A DNA stretch of 64,000 nt from Felis catus. Its lineage: Eukaryota. Shown here one piece after another: positions 36,901 to 51,023 of the stretch (positions are counted from its first letter, which is position 1; each line of letters starts with the position of its first letter). The notes under the pieces are model-generated. The model worked only from the letters and a program-made list of their open reading frames with translations, had not been told where the DNA came from and did no database searches. A program made the position numbers and the translations under genes. The stretch spans positions 30,628,001 to 30,692,000 of the forward strand of contig NC_058380.1 of NCBI RefSeq assembly GCF_018350175.1, read 5' to 3'.

Positions 36901-39130
36901 GGTTAGTGGGCTGAAAATAGTAAGTAGAGACCCCCTCCACCATAAAAAAATCAACTAAGAAGCAAAAGAGTATTATAGGTAATAACCAAAAAAATAGAAA
37001 TATATGCTCTTCATAACCATAATCCTAAGGTATCAAGAAAATATCGAACTACATTTTATACTATTTTTTCATTTAGACATGCAGAGAGAAATACTCAATA
37101 TATCCATTAAGAAATCAAGTCAACTCAGTGGTTGAAGAATTATATCTAGGTTGAATTAAATCTAATTAAATATTGCTGTGGAGAACCAAAAGTTTTTTTA
37201 ACTGTAAATCAATGCTATTCTTAACAGCTATATTTATACTATGCACTTCAAGTGGCAAGAATAAAAGACTATAATGCAATCTCTTCCAAAATATTATCAA
37301 ACTTAAAAAATATTATCAAGCTTTATTAATTCTGACTGGCCTACTTTCTAACTAGTAAGTTCAACAGAATAGTAAAATGTGATAAAGCACCAGATTTTTA
37401 TATCTGCCATATGCTGATACTCTTGTAGAATGCAGTTAAGTATAAAATACAACAGTATTGTACTATTACATACCCCAAATAACACAATTTTATTTCTGTA
37501 AATAAAAAAGTATTTTATTCATAAAAATGCATTTTTTATAAACAAAAATGAATTACTAGAAAAACAGAAGGCAAAAAACATATTAAATACAAGCCCAAAT
37601 TCTTCTAATATTCGATTCCACACACATAAAAATATCCTATTACATTATTACCAAAGTCTCTCAAATCTTGCTCTCAATTGCTATACTTAACTGGAACAAA
37701 AACTTCACAGATTGACACTAATTCATAGGCCACACTTGGAGACACAATACTTTAGATATATCAAATATCTGGCATCTATGACTGCAAAGATTCAAATTTT
37801 ACCATCTTGAGCTGTTTCTAGCTAAGTCCTATTTTTTTAAAGAATTACAAACATTTGCTCCTGGGACTAGAAGTAACTAACTTCATTTCTCAGTGCCAAA
37901 CTTCAGTAATTTTAAACTCAGGTATGGCAAAAAAAAAAAAAAAAAAAAAAAAAAAGCAACAGTTATTCTATTTTTGGCCTTTGCATTTAAATCAATGCAA
38001 ATTCTCTTTTACATCAACAGTGTTCCATGGATCCTTACTTGCATTATAGGAAATGTGTGCACTTATTCTATTTCAAGACCTTATGCTATAAACTTTAAGA
38101 ATGGCACTATTATAGAGGAATATCAATATAAAGAACTCTGTACAACTAAATTATCACTGTATATCAATGTTCCTGTGACTCACAGACCACAGATACAAGC
38201 CTTTCTTCTAAAGGAAGTATATGGTTGCTATTAGATTACAGGTTGAGAAGAAAAGTAGCACACTCTCCATGTTAGAAAATTATCTCCATCTCTCCCTACC
38301 CACCTCAAATAACAGAATACCTAACATAATCCTTGCACTAGAAAGAAAGGTGATAGTACTGGGTTCAAAGTAATTCTTCCAATTTGCTAAATCACTTAAT
38401 ATACAATCTTTAGTGCAATATGTAATTGAAACAAATATCTATTTCATGGAGTAAGTCTATGGACAGTCCTACAGTTATTGAAGATTCTGCCCAATGGGAG
38501 ACCCTCCTAAAGCTTGTCCACAATGAAGTCAAATTCACAAGCTTACATTTAAAAAGTGAAGCCATACCTTCAAAATCAGGCATTCAAGGTATATGCAACA
38601 ATACTAAAATCACTACCTAGCTTACAAGTGGAAGAATAATACAGCACTTGAAATTAACAACACAGCATGCAATCAGCAAAATTATTTCACATCTTTATTA
38701 CATGTCAAGCGCCACACAATATTTAGATAATGTAACTAAGTCAAGCATTTTGAGAAAGAGAGAAATTTTTAGAACTTAAAGAAAAAAAAAAGAACACAAG
38801 TTTTTTTCAAAAGATCTTCAACACAATCACCTGGTAAGTTTGAGATGAGGATGAGGACATCATCCATTCGGGTACAGAGAGTATTTACATAGTGCCTCTA
38901 GGACACAGCCACTTGGTTTCTCTAGTAGTGTTGCTGCATTAGCAACCTTGCCCACTATCTCTGCTGGCAAATCCCTAGGACAAAGAGGTTCCTTTTTGCT
39001 CTGGCAACCAACTCCTGATTATCAGGAAAACTTCTCTCTTAACTCCTCAGGACTTGAACTCCTCAGCGGTAGCTCTGAGTTCTAACTACAGGACTGTCAT
39101 CTGATTATAAAGCCTATTTTCCATGAGTGG

Positions 39131-39327
39131 CAGAGGTTCTCACATAGAAGTGATTCACTGCCTAGAGACAATGTCTGAGACATTTTGGTTTCCGCAATTA
39201 ATTTCATGGAGGTGGAGGTATTACTGGCAACTAGTAGGCAGAAGCCAGGGATGCTGCTGAGTGTCCTACAATACACAGGACAGCCCCCACAACAAAATGT
39301 CGAAAGTGTCACTGTTGAGCAACCCAG
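39131..39327 (+). mobile_element. MER20 DNA transposon
   Basis: caatgtctgagacatttt...gccagggatgctgct...cctacaatacacaggacagcccccacaacaaa. Confidence 0.82.
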
Positions 39328-39459
39328 ATCTACTGGATTATTTGCACCCACTCTAAATTGACTATTTACCAGGTCTTCTTTTTTTCAGAAACAATTATAC
39401 CAAGATATTTCTGGCAAGGGCATGACTGAATGAATTTATCATATCACTCTTATATTTAC

Positions 39460-39536
39460 CTGAAAGGAATATAGGATGTATTTCCACACATTAATATTCT
39501 ATATGCTTCTTCTGGAGTCCTCCCCAAATATATAAC
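39460..39536 (-). CDS. CDC14B: CDC14B exon 5 (77 nt), VIYLGRTPEEAYRILMCGNTSYIPF(R)
   Basis: Polypyrimidine tract + gtag| acceptor, CAG|gtaaat donor, phase consistent. Confidence 0.97.
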
Positions 39537-42096
39537 CTACATATGAAAAGAAAAGAAAAAGGCAATTTATTTCTAAATGAAGATATAGTGCTGTCACTGC
39601 AAAGTGACCTCTCCAATTACCTGAGTCTGGGTCTCTGGCTTTCCCAAGGATCCTGAGAGTCCCCCAGCACCCCTCAGTGAATCCCTTTTTTGTTTCAATC
39701 TGCCATAGCTAGTTTCTGTTGCTTGCAGGAAGAACACTCAGCAACAAATTCACAACAACCTTTTGTAGTAACAAGTATAGAATTTTTAAAACAGATTTTC
39801 TAAACCAAGATGTTAGACTGAACACATGCTTGTACCTCATCTCTTTTATGAAAAGCCACTGAAATGATCATAAAGAAGTGTGTGGGTGTCAGGGTTGGGA
39901 GATGGATTGAGACTAGGGAAAAGGTGGAAAAGGACATAAAGGCAGAGCAAGTTTATTAACTCCATCCATTTAGATTTAACTACTTACAATACTGTACAAG
40001 TTTCCTATAAAACTGCATTTGCTTCCTATTCTCATTGGCTTCTTTTATCCTCAGAACTACATTATGCTTCCATTTTTATCTGGTAGAATTACTTCAAGTA
40101 GATGCTTTAGTATTTCAGGTCCATTACTGGTAGGTATTCCTCACATTTCTGATAATTTCTTGTTTTCTGCCCTGAATTTATGGACTATGTATATGATTTT
40201 TGGTGGGTAGTTCTTTTCTCTCAATAATTTATACATGTTGTTCCACTGTCTTCTCAGTTGTGGTGTTGCAGAAGTATTTTACTAGCCTCATACTCTCCTT
40301 CTGTTCCTTCAAAGTCACTGGTTCTAAAAAAACTACTGGCCTCCCTCTAAATAAGTCATCTTCAATCTCCAATTAAGTTTGCCTGGGATTATCTGACCCA
40401 CATGCTATCTGAAGGCACAAGTCTTTTTTCCAACTCAGAATCTTCCTGCAGGGCAGGGCATTTTCAGCTCATATATAGGGGAGGGGAGGTGGCCACAAGC
40501 ATTAGATTTGGCACATATATTATGATACAAATTAGAGTCAGTGCTAAAGCTTACTTTGGGATAATATACTTTAAATGTTGACTGGTAAAAATAAATCATT
40601 AAAAAAGTTAATTATAAACTTTTAATCTCTACTACATACACATATGAGCTGTTTCTTCAATGTAATGTGAGCTGTCTCAAGTGAGGACCCACATCGTGGG
40701 TTTCATTTGACTCCTGGTTCATAGATTATATATTATATATACTGTGGTTCAATGTTTAATTCACTGAACCTAAATCTACTTGTTAATGGTTAGAAAATGT
40801 TTAAATCTTAAATTAAAAAAATCACTGGATTAAAACAAATTACAAAATCACAGATCCAGCAAGGATCTTTGAAACTTAGAGAAGGGTATATTCCAAAACG
40901 AGTCGTAACAGTTAACTCAGCTTCCAGAGGGCATTTTACCAATTTTCTGTTTTAAGAATCACAAATGGAAAATTTTCCCAATGTCTAGGCTGTTTCTCAA
41001 TATGGTTTCATCCCATTTACTCTAAAAAAAAATGCTCAACTTTAATTAACTATACAGAATCTTCCAATATTTATCTCTTAACATTTCTTTATCTATAGGA
41101 GGATACAAATCCACAAAAAAAGTACCACAAAGAACAATCAATTTCAAGAATAAGGAAATACTTTGTTACCCAGTATCAAACAAATTTTCAAGTACAAGTA
41201 TTTCTGACTCATATACAATTGCAGTTTATCATGAGTTAGCCACAAGATAATCATTTATAATCTCACTCATCATACTTGTCTATACATTATCTTTTAAGCA
41301 TCAACCTGTCAACTGACTTTTTATTTTATTGCTATTCATTTGGAAAGACAGCATAACAATTCTTTCAGGAAAAATTTAAAACTTTTTAAAAAACAAATCC
41401 CTCTTTCCAAATCTCCTCATTCTCTTCTAGTCTCCAACATGCTTCCTTTTTTATCTAAGGCTTACTATATAACATCAGTAAAGTATTTTCTTTTCTCCAT
41501 TCTATTTTAGGACTTACTAGCAGACAACTCCCCTCCAAACACCACCCCTGAAACCAAAAGAACAAAACCAAATAAAAAACACTTTGAGGCAAATGAGAGT
41601 GAAAACAGGTTTGATTCAATTGTGTTTGAGTATATATGTGTATATATACATAATTTAAGTAAGTGAAATCCAGAGACCTCTTTCAGATTTTCCATAAATT
41701 TCTAATAAAACCTTCTCTCAAATTATAGTAATTTTTCCTTAAGCACCACATTAAAGAAAATTCCTCTTACTCAAGATTGCAGTTCTTTGGTTTCTTTAAT
41801 TACTAAAATTGCAATAGTATTATTTCCTTACTTTCAAAACACAGTCGCTAATACATTAAATAATTCTGGGTTAGCCTTGGAACATAAGTTCAATTCAAAG
41901 AACACAAGAGCAATATAACATTTCCTCCTATGGGGGAATAAAACCTAAATCCCTAGCCATGAACTTAAAAAAAAAAATGTTATTTTTGAAATCTAGTTGG
42001 GGGATGTTGTACATAATGTACTTAAACAGGTAATACTGGGTATAATGAGATAAGCTGTAAGAAATTTATAGACTCAGAATAAGTCTATTTATATAA

Positions 42097-42425
42097 TGCT
42101 ATAGTCTGAATGTTTGTGTGCCCCACCTTGCAAATTCTTATGTTGAAATCCTAACCCCCAAAAGGGGATGTGATGCTATTAGTAGATGGGGCCTTTGGGA
42201 GATGGTTAGCCATAAAGGTGGAGCCATCATGAATGGGATTAGTGCCTTCTAAAAGAAGCTCCAGAGAGATCCTCAGCCCCTTCCACCACGTGAGAGGCCT
42301 CACCAGTCCATGCTGACATTCTGATCCCGGAAGTTCCAGCCTCCAGAACTGTGAGAAATACATTTCTGTTTATAAGCCTCCCAGTCTCTGGTACTTTGTT
42401 ATGGCTACTCAGAAGGACTAAGACA
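42097..42425 (+). mobile_element. MaLR solo LTR (MLT1A/MST-like)
   Basis: tgctatagtctgaatgtttgtg...ggactaagaca termini, ccagcctccagaactgtgagaaata. Confidence 0.85.
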
Positions 42426-42778
42426 CAGAACTATTAAGGAAATATCTGCTAGCAATCTATCATTTTAACTGTACACTCACGTATCTCTCCGCATCAAAAG
42501 GCCTTGCCAAATGAAATTATTCTAAATTTGTTTTTTAAGAAAAACCGTATAAATGGCTCCTCTATTAACACAGATCCTCAAATTAGTAAACTCTAACTCA
42601 ATGCAATTTTATGATCTATCACTGTGTTCCCGGCAATTTGGAAGCTAGGTCCTTCTCAAATTCCTTTGGTATATTTTCATGAGAAGCTTTGTACAAATAT
42701 AGAATGCTCACTCTAAATCCACACTGCCATCCAAAAATAGGAAGCAACAAATGAGGAACAAGAGAGATATTAAACAGC

Positions 42779-43155
42779 TGTGGTAGCCAGCTTCCAAAAC
42801 AGTCCCAGTGATGCTCACCTCCTGGTACTTCTACCCTTGCATGGCCCCCTCCCACATTGATTGGGCACCTATGTATAAACAATGCATAAAAGGCAGAGTG
42901 TGACTTCTGAGGCATAAATGATACTGTGGCTCCAGTATTGGATTCCTCACTCCAGGTACCTCAAGGTGCCATTCAGTGATGGTACTTGGGCAGCTGTGTG
43001 GCAAGGAACTAAGGCCATGTGCCAATAACCAGCGCTAGTTGGCAGGAGTGTGAAGAGACCCCGTTAGCAGTGCACCCTCCAGCAGCCCCAGGCTAGCCTT
43101 TAGATGACTGTAGTCCAGGGGGGTAATTTGTCAGGCAGCAATAATATGGTAACAC
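42779..43155 (+). mobile_element. Old MaLR LTR (MLT1E/F-like)
   Basis: tgtggtagccagcttccaa start, gcagcaataatatggtaaca end. Confidence 0.55.
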
Positions 43156-43829
43156 AATCAACAGTAAGAAATGATCAGTTTGTTAAAAGTGTATAAATAA
43201 AAAAATAGATGACAAGTGCAGAGATGTAAAGATAAGCAAGTCTTGTGGCTTAGAAAGCATTAGGAAGGAGAGCTTGTTGCCACCTCTCTCTTTTTCTCTC
43301 TCTGAAGAAGCAAACAGCAATCTCACAGGATGAATAAAATATTGGGGCAGAAATACTTGAGAAGTCAATAGTGCTTTTCAAAGTCATGATCTTTTTTGCT
43401 GAATAAAATCAAAGCCATTTCTAGGACTTCCACCACCCCCATTTTTTAAATTACCATCTGCCTGCCTCAGTCCCTGTGAGAACTTCTAACCTTGGACTAC
43501 TGATCTGTGTTGCAAAACCTGGGAGGGGCTGGGCTCAATCGGTGATGAATTAATTAGTGGACTGAAAGAAAAGAATCACAGACTGATCAGTTTCAATCCT
43601 GACCACTCAGGCCTCAAATAATAACACCCAATCACTTAGACACATGCTTCTTATTTCTATTCTTACATAGAGCATTTTGAAGCTTAAGCTATATACTTAT
43701 TGGTCTTTGGTACAGTTCTAAAAACCAAAACATTACACAAATCATTCTAAGAATGAAGAATAACAAAAAGTACTTAAACTCCACAACAAATGTGGCAGCC
43801 CAATAAACCAGTAAACCATTTTCGAGTAT

Positions 43830-44037
43830 TTTTCTTTTTTTTTTTTAATGTTTATCTTATTGGGAGACAGAAACAGAGCGTGAGCAGGGGAGGCGCAGAG
43901 AGAGAGGGAGACACAGAATCTGAAGCAGGTTCCAGGCTCTGAGCTGTCAGCACAGAGCCCGACGCGGGGCTCAAACTCACAAACTCAGATCACGACCTGA
44001 GTCAGCCACTTAACCGACTGAGCCACCCAGGTGCCCC
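43830..44037 (-). mobile_element. Can-SINE
   Basis: TSD ccattttc(g/a)agtattttt. Confidence 0.92.
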
Positions 44038-44520
44038 CATTTTCAAGTATTTTTCATGGAGAAATGTCACAATGTTTCCAGTATTAACTTACATGCGCAA
44101 CAACCAGATGACACGGTCTTTCCTATGCCAAGACTTGAATGATCTTTTTTAAAGAAATCACTCTCTCCAGATTAATACTGAAATGTTCGTGAAAGTTGGA
44201 AATAAGCTTAAACATGGAAATAAGCTTACGGAAATAGCTTATTGAGCAGGGAAAGACTATATACAATACAGTTTTACATGATAAGATAAATAAATCAATT
44301 TCACAGCTCCTGCACAAATACAGAAATATGAAAAAAAAAAACCTAAATCATTTTTAGAAAAAAATCAGATGGCCTTATATTTCAACAGTTTTCATTTTAA
44401 TTATTTTTATTTATATAACAGTAGGCTAGTATAATGATTCTCAGTTTAGATAAAGGGAAACTGGAAGTTTGGAGTAGCAATCATATCTACCAAAGCCATA
44501 CAGCTAATAAACGTGAGGGA

Positions 44521-44698
44521 GGGGCGCCTGGGTGGCTCAGTCAGTTAAGGGTCCGACTCTAGATTTCAGCTCTAGTCACGATCTCAGGATTTGTGAGATC
44601 CAGCCCTGTGTAGGGCTCCATGCTGACAGGGCAGAGCCTGCTTGGGATTCACTCTCTTTCTCAAAATAAATAAATAAACTTTTTTTTTTTTTTTTTTT
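44521..44698 (+). mobile_element. Can-SINE
   Basis: ggggcgcctgggtggctcag head. TSD aa(c/t)gtgaggga. Confidence 0.9.
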
Positions 44699-45016
44699 AA
44701 TGTGAGGGAATTGGTTCTGGGTATTAAGTGTACATGGTTATACTATGTGAGTAGTAGGGATTTTTTTTTCTAAACAAAGCAAAAATCTTGATTTTTTTTT
44801 TTTTACATGAAACCTAATTTTTAAACATGGCAAAAACAAACAAACTACTATTATTTTAAAAATAAATACTGTTAGTTACACAAAGCCAGCAGGCCACTAC
44901 TCTCCCACTTCTCCAACTGGTCACCCAAAATCACACTGCTTGCTATGGATGGAAGAGGGCCTACTGCTCAGCCCTTATTTATAGATGAGAAACCATACTA
45001 TCTAAAACAAGTATTA

Positions 45017-45245
45017 GGGGTGCCTGGGTGGCTCAGTCGGTTAAGCAGCCGATTTCGGCTCAGGTCACAATCTCGCAGTCTGTGAGTTTGAGCCCCACGT
45101 GGGGCTCTGTGCTGACAGCTCAGAGCCTGGAGCCTGCTTCTGTTTCTGTGTCTCCCCCTCTCTCTGCCCCTCCCCCATTCACGCTCTGTCTCTCTGCCTT
45201 TCAAAAATAAATAAATGTTAAACAAAATTTTTTTAATAAAAAAAT
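45017..45245 (+). mobile_element. Can-SINE
   Basis: TSD aaaa(c/t)aagtatta. Confidence 0.92.
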
Positions 45246-48200
45246 AAAATAAGTATTAAAACAAGGACAGGATCCAAAATTCCAGACAGCTTAAAAGATC
45301 TACAATCAAAGCTCGTAACAGTCAGAGTCATTTCTCTTTACCTTTTCCCCAAACTAATACCACCTAGCAAGTATCATGGGCAGCTGAAATACCAGCAGTC
45401 AGGCTCACTAGGGTGAAAAAGGAAGAAGTAGTAAGGCTGTGAACTGTGATGCCTACAGCCACCTCTACCACCTGGCCTGTTCCTCCGGCCCATCCTATCC
45501 CCTTTTGGGCACACCTCACACTAACCTGGTTCCTGGTTGCTATTTACAGCTGCCTGTTGCTGTTGGCCCTACTTTTCACTGACACCCAGGAAGGGTGTTT
45601 GCCCAGGGCTGAGTATTGCCCAGGGCCAAGACCCTGGCCATCCCACCTGATTTTATCCTCCAGTCTTTGCTGCCCCATTTAGATGGCTATTTGCCGAACT
45701 GGATTCTTACCTACAGCTCCCAGATCCTCTCCTCTGTGCTCCCTTTGTCTTAACTTCTCATCTGATCCCTTCACCCTGCAGCCACCTTAACCTGGCACTG
45801 ACTACTCCGGGTCCAAAATAATTAAATCCTTCAGGAAAAGGAGACTACAAGTTCAAAAAATCATCATTAAATAACAAATTAAGTCCCTGAGCTCTTATTC
45901 TAATTGTTGAAGTAATCTCAAATTCAATACAATTTAGGATTCTACTCACAGATTGCTGAATTAATCAATTCCCAGAATTTAATTAGTATAATTTTCAATG
46001 TAAATGTTAACAATTTACAAGGTAAGTCATTATAAAGGTTATAAAAATTGCTTAGAAATAAAAAATAATAATACAGAGTGATAAATTTTGAACAGGAAAT
46101 CTATATGTTAGCACAATTAGCTCTACCAAAGTAATCTATTAAACATTAAAGGAAAGCAAATTTGCAAGCTATGTACCAAGAGTTTGCTTCTGTCATTTAT
46201 CTTATACTCAGAACGCCTTAACCACAAAAACTATTAGAAACAATGGCTAATTTCCCACGCTAGCCCTCAAAAGTACATTTAACCTATGGAAGAGCTAACT
46301 ACTATATATCTGCAGGAAAACAGAACTGCTGCTGGGGCAATAAGATAAAATGGTAACTTTCTTGTTTTTTAATATAAAAAGCAGATTTAAGATATGATAA
46401 TGGTGGACAGGAGCAGGGGGAAAAAAGAAAAAGAAGAAGACATTTTATTCAATGTTTAATTTGTGCCAGATATTCTACCTAAACTGAAATTAAAAGCCAG
46501 CTCAGTGGCCTCTTCAAAAAACTATTTTGCAACTAGAAATTAATGTTTATACCTACTAGTATTACACACTATCACTTCCACTACAAAGTATACACATAAA
46601 AAATTAAATAGACAAAGATAAAGTGACAGTTATTTCTTAAATGATTATATACAGTAATTGTGCTTTAAAGAACTTCTTCACAAAAAAAATAGTAAAATAA
46701 AGAACTTCTTCACTAAAATATTAATAAATTTAACAGCTAATGCTTCATTTTTTAAGTGTTTTTAAATGCCTAGTTGTGAGTTGTGAGTTCAGCTACTTCT
46801 TTTCTTCTATTTACTTATTACTTTTTTTAGTTAAAAAATATTTACAGAAGTATATTTTACAATCAATAAAAACATAATTTTAAATGTACAAGTCAATGGA
46901 TTTTAACAACTGTCTACACCTATATAACCATGACACAATCCAGACAGGAAATTCCCATCACCCTCAAAGGTTCTCTTGTGCATCTTCCCAGTTAATCCCA
47001 AATGTTTCCCCCTCTCCATAAGTCTGAGACAACCACTGATATGCTTTCTGTCTCTATGGAATAGAATAGGTAGCCTTCCAAGAACTTCATATACATAAAA
47101 TCATGCACAGCTGTTTCAATTCTTGATTTTAATGGGTGCTTTAACTAAAACAGATACTTTACTGTGGTAAGTATATGTAAATGCAGAAACGATTACACTC
47201 ATTCTTTCAACCCATCCAGCCAATGATGGACATTTGGTTCGTAAATTCCCAACTTACCAAATGCTAATCAGATATTATTAAAAACTAATGGAGGAGTGCT
47301 GCACATTTGAAAACATGCTTAGCAAATAAGCCCAAAATCCACTGAAACTTTACTTAGATGATTTTAAAGCAGGTTATAAAATTTTGTTTTGTGGCTATCA
47401 CTAGAACACTTGACTTTGAAAACTGTGTACTTAAATGGAAAAACACCATTCATTCTGCCTTTTCAGTAGGAAACTGGTTTCAGGATAACCAACAATCTTA
47501 ACTGGAAGAAAGGAAGTTCAATTTCCATGAAAGAAAGCCAACTAATAAATGAAGGATGAATGAAATAATTAGGAATTATGGTTACACTGAAATCATAATA
47601 AAATTGATTGAGGCAAGTACTATAATTGTTGTTTAAAACACTAGCTGCATGGTTGATGGGGAACTGAACATACAAATAGTTTCAAAATAACACCATCTGA
47701 ATCCATTAAGTCATAAAGGAGAAAAATCATACATTGAAGGAATTTGATGATTAGCCCCTAATCCAAAGGACATTTTTAGCATCCTGAATGGTAATTTAGG
47801 TATTATATCATATGTTTTCTGATATGATGCAAAATATTCTACTAATGCACAAGCCTACAGATTTAACTTCCAGTTCAGAAGACATACAGAGAATGGAGAA
47901 AACCAGTTAAAACATACCACAAGGAAGAAACCAGAGAAATTCGAAAGGTAGAACATTCCATAAGAGGTCTGGTCTCTTCCATAAATCAGTGTTAGCAAAA
48001 AGGTACCATGAATGTGTCAGTGAGGTTAAAGGCACAACAATCATACACAATGTGTGGTCCTGGATTACATATTGCTTTGGACATTTTGGATCGATGGAGG
48101 AAATAAGAATATAATCCAGGTATAGAGATGATGCAGTATGTACTAAAATGGAACAATGAGCCACTGACTGAAAAAAATAGGTGATAAAACTGTACTAGTG

Positions 48201-48251
48201 AACATAAAACATATAGTATATTACACACACATATGCACATGTCCTGTTTTT

Positions 48252-48456
48252 TTTTTTTTTTTTTAACGTTTATTTATTTTTGAGACAGAGACAGAGCATG
48301 AATGGGGGAGGGTCAGAGAGAGGGAGACACAGAATCCGAAACAGGCTCCAGGCTCTGTCAGCACAGAGCCCGACGCGGGACTCAAACTCACAGACCGCGA
48401 GATCATGACCTGAGCTGAAGTCGGCCGCTCAACCGACTGAGCCACCCAGGTGCCAC
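48252..48456 (-). mobile_element. Can-SINE
   Basis: TSD tgcacatgtcctgttttt. Confidence 0.92.
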
Positions 48457-48825
48457 TGCACATGTCCTGTTTTTATAAATATAAAAGGGTTTTTATTTTT
48501 TATTTTTAAGGAAGATTTTCTAAATTTCTCAAGGGTACACAGGTTTTGTACATAACATTTTCCACAAAATGACAAAAGTTTCAAACTTTTATTTTCAAAA
48601 TACTCTCTTAATTATGAATTTATTTGTTTTGAAAGGCACTTTCACTTAGAACTTCACCTTTACTTGAAATGACAGGCTATATATACCACCCCTCTCCAAA
48701 TCTGGCTAGGTAATAAGGAATCACAGATTTATCACAACAGGGTAAACTTACCACTTCATAAAATGATGTAATGCACTTATCTTTCACATTCCTCAAGTCT
48801 GCTACGGTGAGTGGTATACAAGATT

Positions 48826-49057
48826 TTTCTTTTTTTTTTTAATTTGCTTTAATTAAAATTTTAAAGTTTATTCATTTTGAGAGAGAGACAGCACAAGTGG
48901 GGAAGGGGCAGAGAGAGAGAGAGAGGTAGAGAGAGAGAATCCCAAATAGGCTCTGCATCGATAGCACAGAGCCCCATGCAGGGCTCAAACCCACACACAA
49001 AACTGTGAGATCCTGACCTGGGCTGAAACCAAGAGTTGGATGCTTAACCAAGCACCC
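48826..49057 (-). mobile_element. Can-SINE (diverged)
   Basis: Reverse-complement SINE body with GA tract. Confidence 0.85.
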
Positions 49058-50805
49058 TAAGATTGTTACTTTCACCATAATTTGTTACCAAAGCTCCTAC
49101 CATTTCAGATGATTGTGAATCCATTTACCAGGCCACACAAAGTGCATTACTTGGAAATATGCACATTGAAGACAAATGAACAGTTAAGCCAATAATCTCA
49201 CTTCTGCCACATGTGACACTTGACCATCTGACAAAAGGGAGCATGAGCATATCAATCCTGTTTTAAGTATCTAAGTTATTTTGAGTACTTATAAAACTAA
49301 CCTCCTCTGTTTTTAAGACAAAAAGATAATAGAAGTACTGCCACTTTATTCTCAAGCCTCCTCCACACTCTGTATTAGGTCCTTCTGAATGTGTAAAGAT
49401 GAAGGGGACATCCCCTTCAGAATCCCAGAGTGTAAAAGGATGGATCAAGAGTCAGTCCATTTGGAACATTTCCTTCCCGAAACTTCTTCCTCTAGACTTT
49501 CTGTTTTAACATTACCACACCACCTTCCAGGTCAACCATTAAAAAGCCTTACAATCTCCAAAATTCCTCAATAACTCCAAAACAAGGTTATCAAGGCTGC
49601 AGATCGATTTTTTAGGGAACTCTCATTCTTTCTACAAATCTTTCATCAGAGGATTTAACAGACTTCAACCACATCAAATCTCTATTTGCTTACCTTTGAT
49701 GTTTCATCTTTTAAGGTATCCATGTTATACCTCGATCCTCTTTTGCTACTATTAATAAATTTCCTTTTCTTAGAAGGTTTTCTCCTATTTCTCTACCTAG
49801 CATCATTTGAACTCCAAGCTCCCACTTTAGCCAGCCAGTCATGGCTGCAAGGACTTTAACTACAGCCAAGAGCTGTGATCCTCCTGCCAAGCTGGCTTCT
49901 AACTGAGCAAAGGAATGAACTCAAGTCCATGTCCAAATTGCTTACCTGGCACTTTCCTAACCAATCAAATCAGTGTTAATCTGAGAGCATAAAATCCTGG
50001 AAGGATTTCTAACTCCAAATATGTTAAAAATAGAAAAATACACTTCTACATGCCAAAATAAACCATAAACAAAGTCAAAAGGCCAACACCAAACTTAAAA
50101 CAAATATGACAACAAATTTTTGGTAAATTTGCCAAGAGGTCATTTTTTTTTCCACTAGCAGTAACACACAAAAGCAATAAGATTATTAAAAAGAGATTTC
50201 TTATTTATAAAATTATCAAGTGTTTTGTTTTTAACAAAACGCTTGGTTTCCACCATGATCACAGCCACCTTCTCTGGAGGGTCTTCACATTGAAGACATC
50301 ATGTCTGGCTCCCCAAGACCCACCCCCCAACTTGGGAACATCTCACCTGACCAGAAACAAACAACTGCACCAAGAACAGTCCAGGCAGAACTCGGTATGT
50401 TCTAGGCAAGCACACATTCTCTGAAATGGAATGGCTTCAGCCACCCAGATTTTCTCCTGGGCAGTGCAAAGACTTTTACTGTCACACCAAGGGCCATTTC
50501 TCCAGCATCTCCTCTAACACTATACAAACCCCAAGAATTCTGGCTACATCCCTCTTTCTGTAAAGCTGTCATGATTTATCCTGTAATCCATGGGGTTCCT
50601 ATCCTCAGTGATTGGCTAAGTAATGGGACCAAATGCCCCTGTTAAAAGAGCCACCTCCCTATTCTCTTTTTGTTGAGAACCTGCGTAGGCTTTTTTTTAC
50701 CCCTAAGAATTTTTGCTGTGAAGCACAATAAACACCAGGAAAGATGGAAAAACAAACAACTAAACAAAAGCACCACATTTCGATAAGCTTAAGAAGTCAA
50801 ATTTT

Positions 50806-51023
50806 TTTTTTTAATTTTTTTTTTCAACGTTTATTTATTTTTGGGACAGAGAGAGACAGAGCATGAACGGGGGAGGGGCAGAGAGAGAGGAAGACACAGA
50901 ATTGGAAACAGGCTCCAGGCTCCGAGCCATCAGCCCAGAGCCTGACGCAGGGCTCGAACTCACAGCGAGATTGTGACCTGGCTGAAGTCGGACGCCTAAC
51001 CGACTGCGCCACCCAGGCGCCCC
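50806..51023 (-). mobile_element. Young felid Can-SINE
   Basis: cgactgcgccacccaggcgcccc end. TSD aagaagtcaaatttt (50791-50805 / 51024-51038). Confidence 0.94.
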
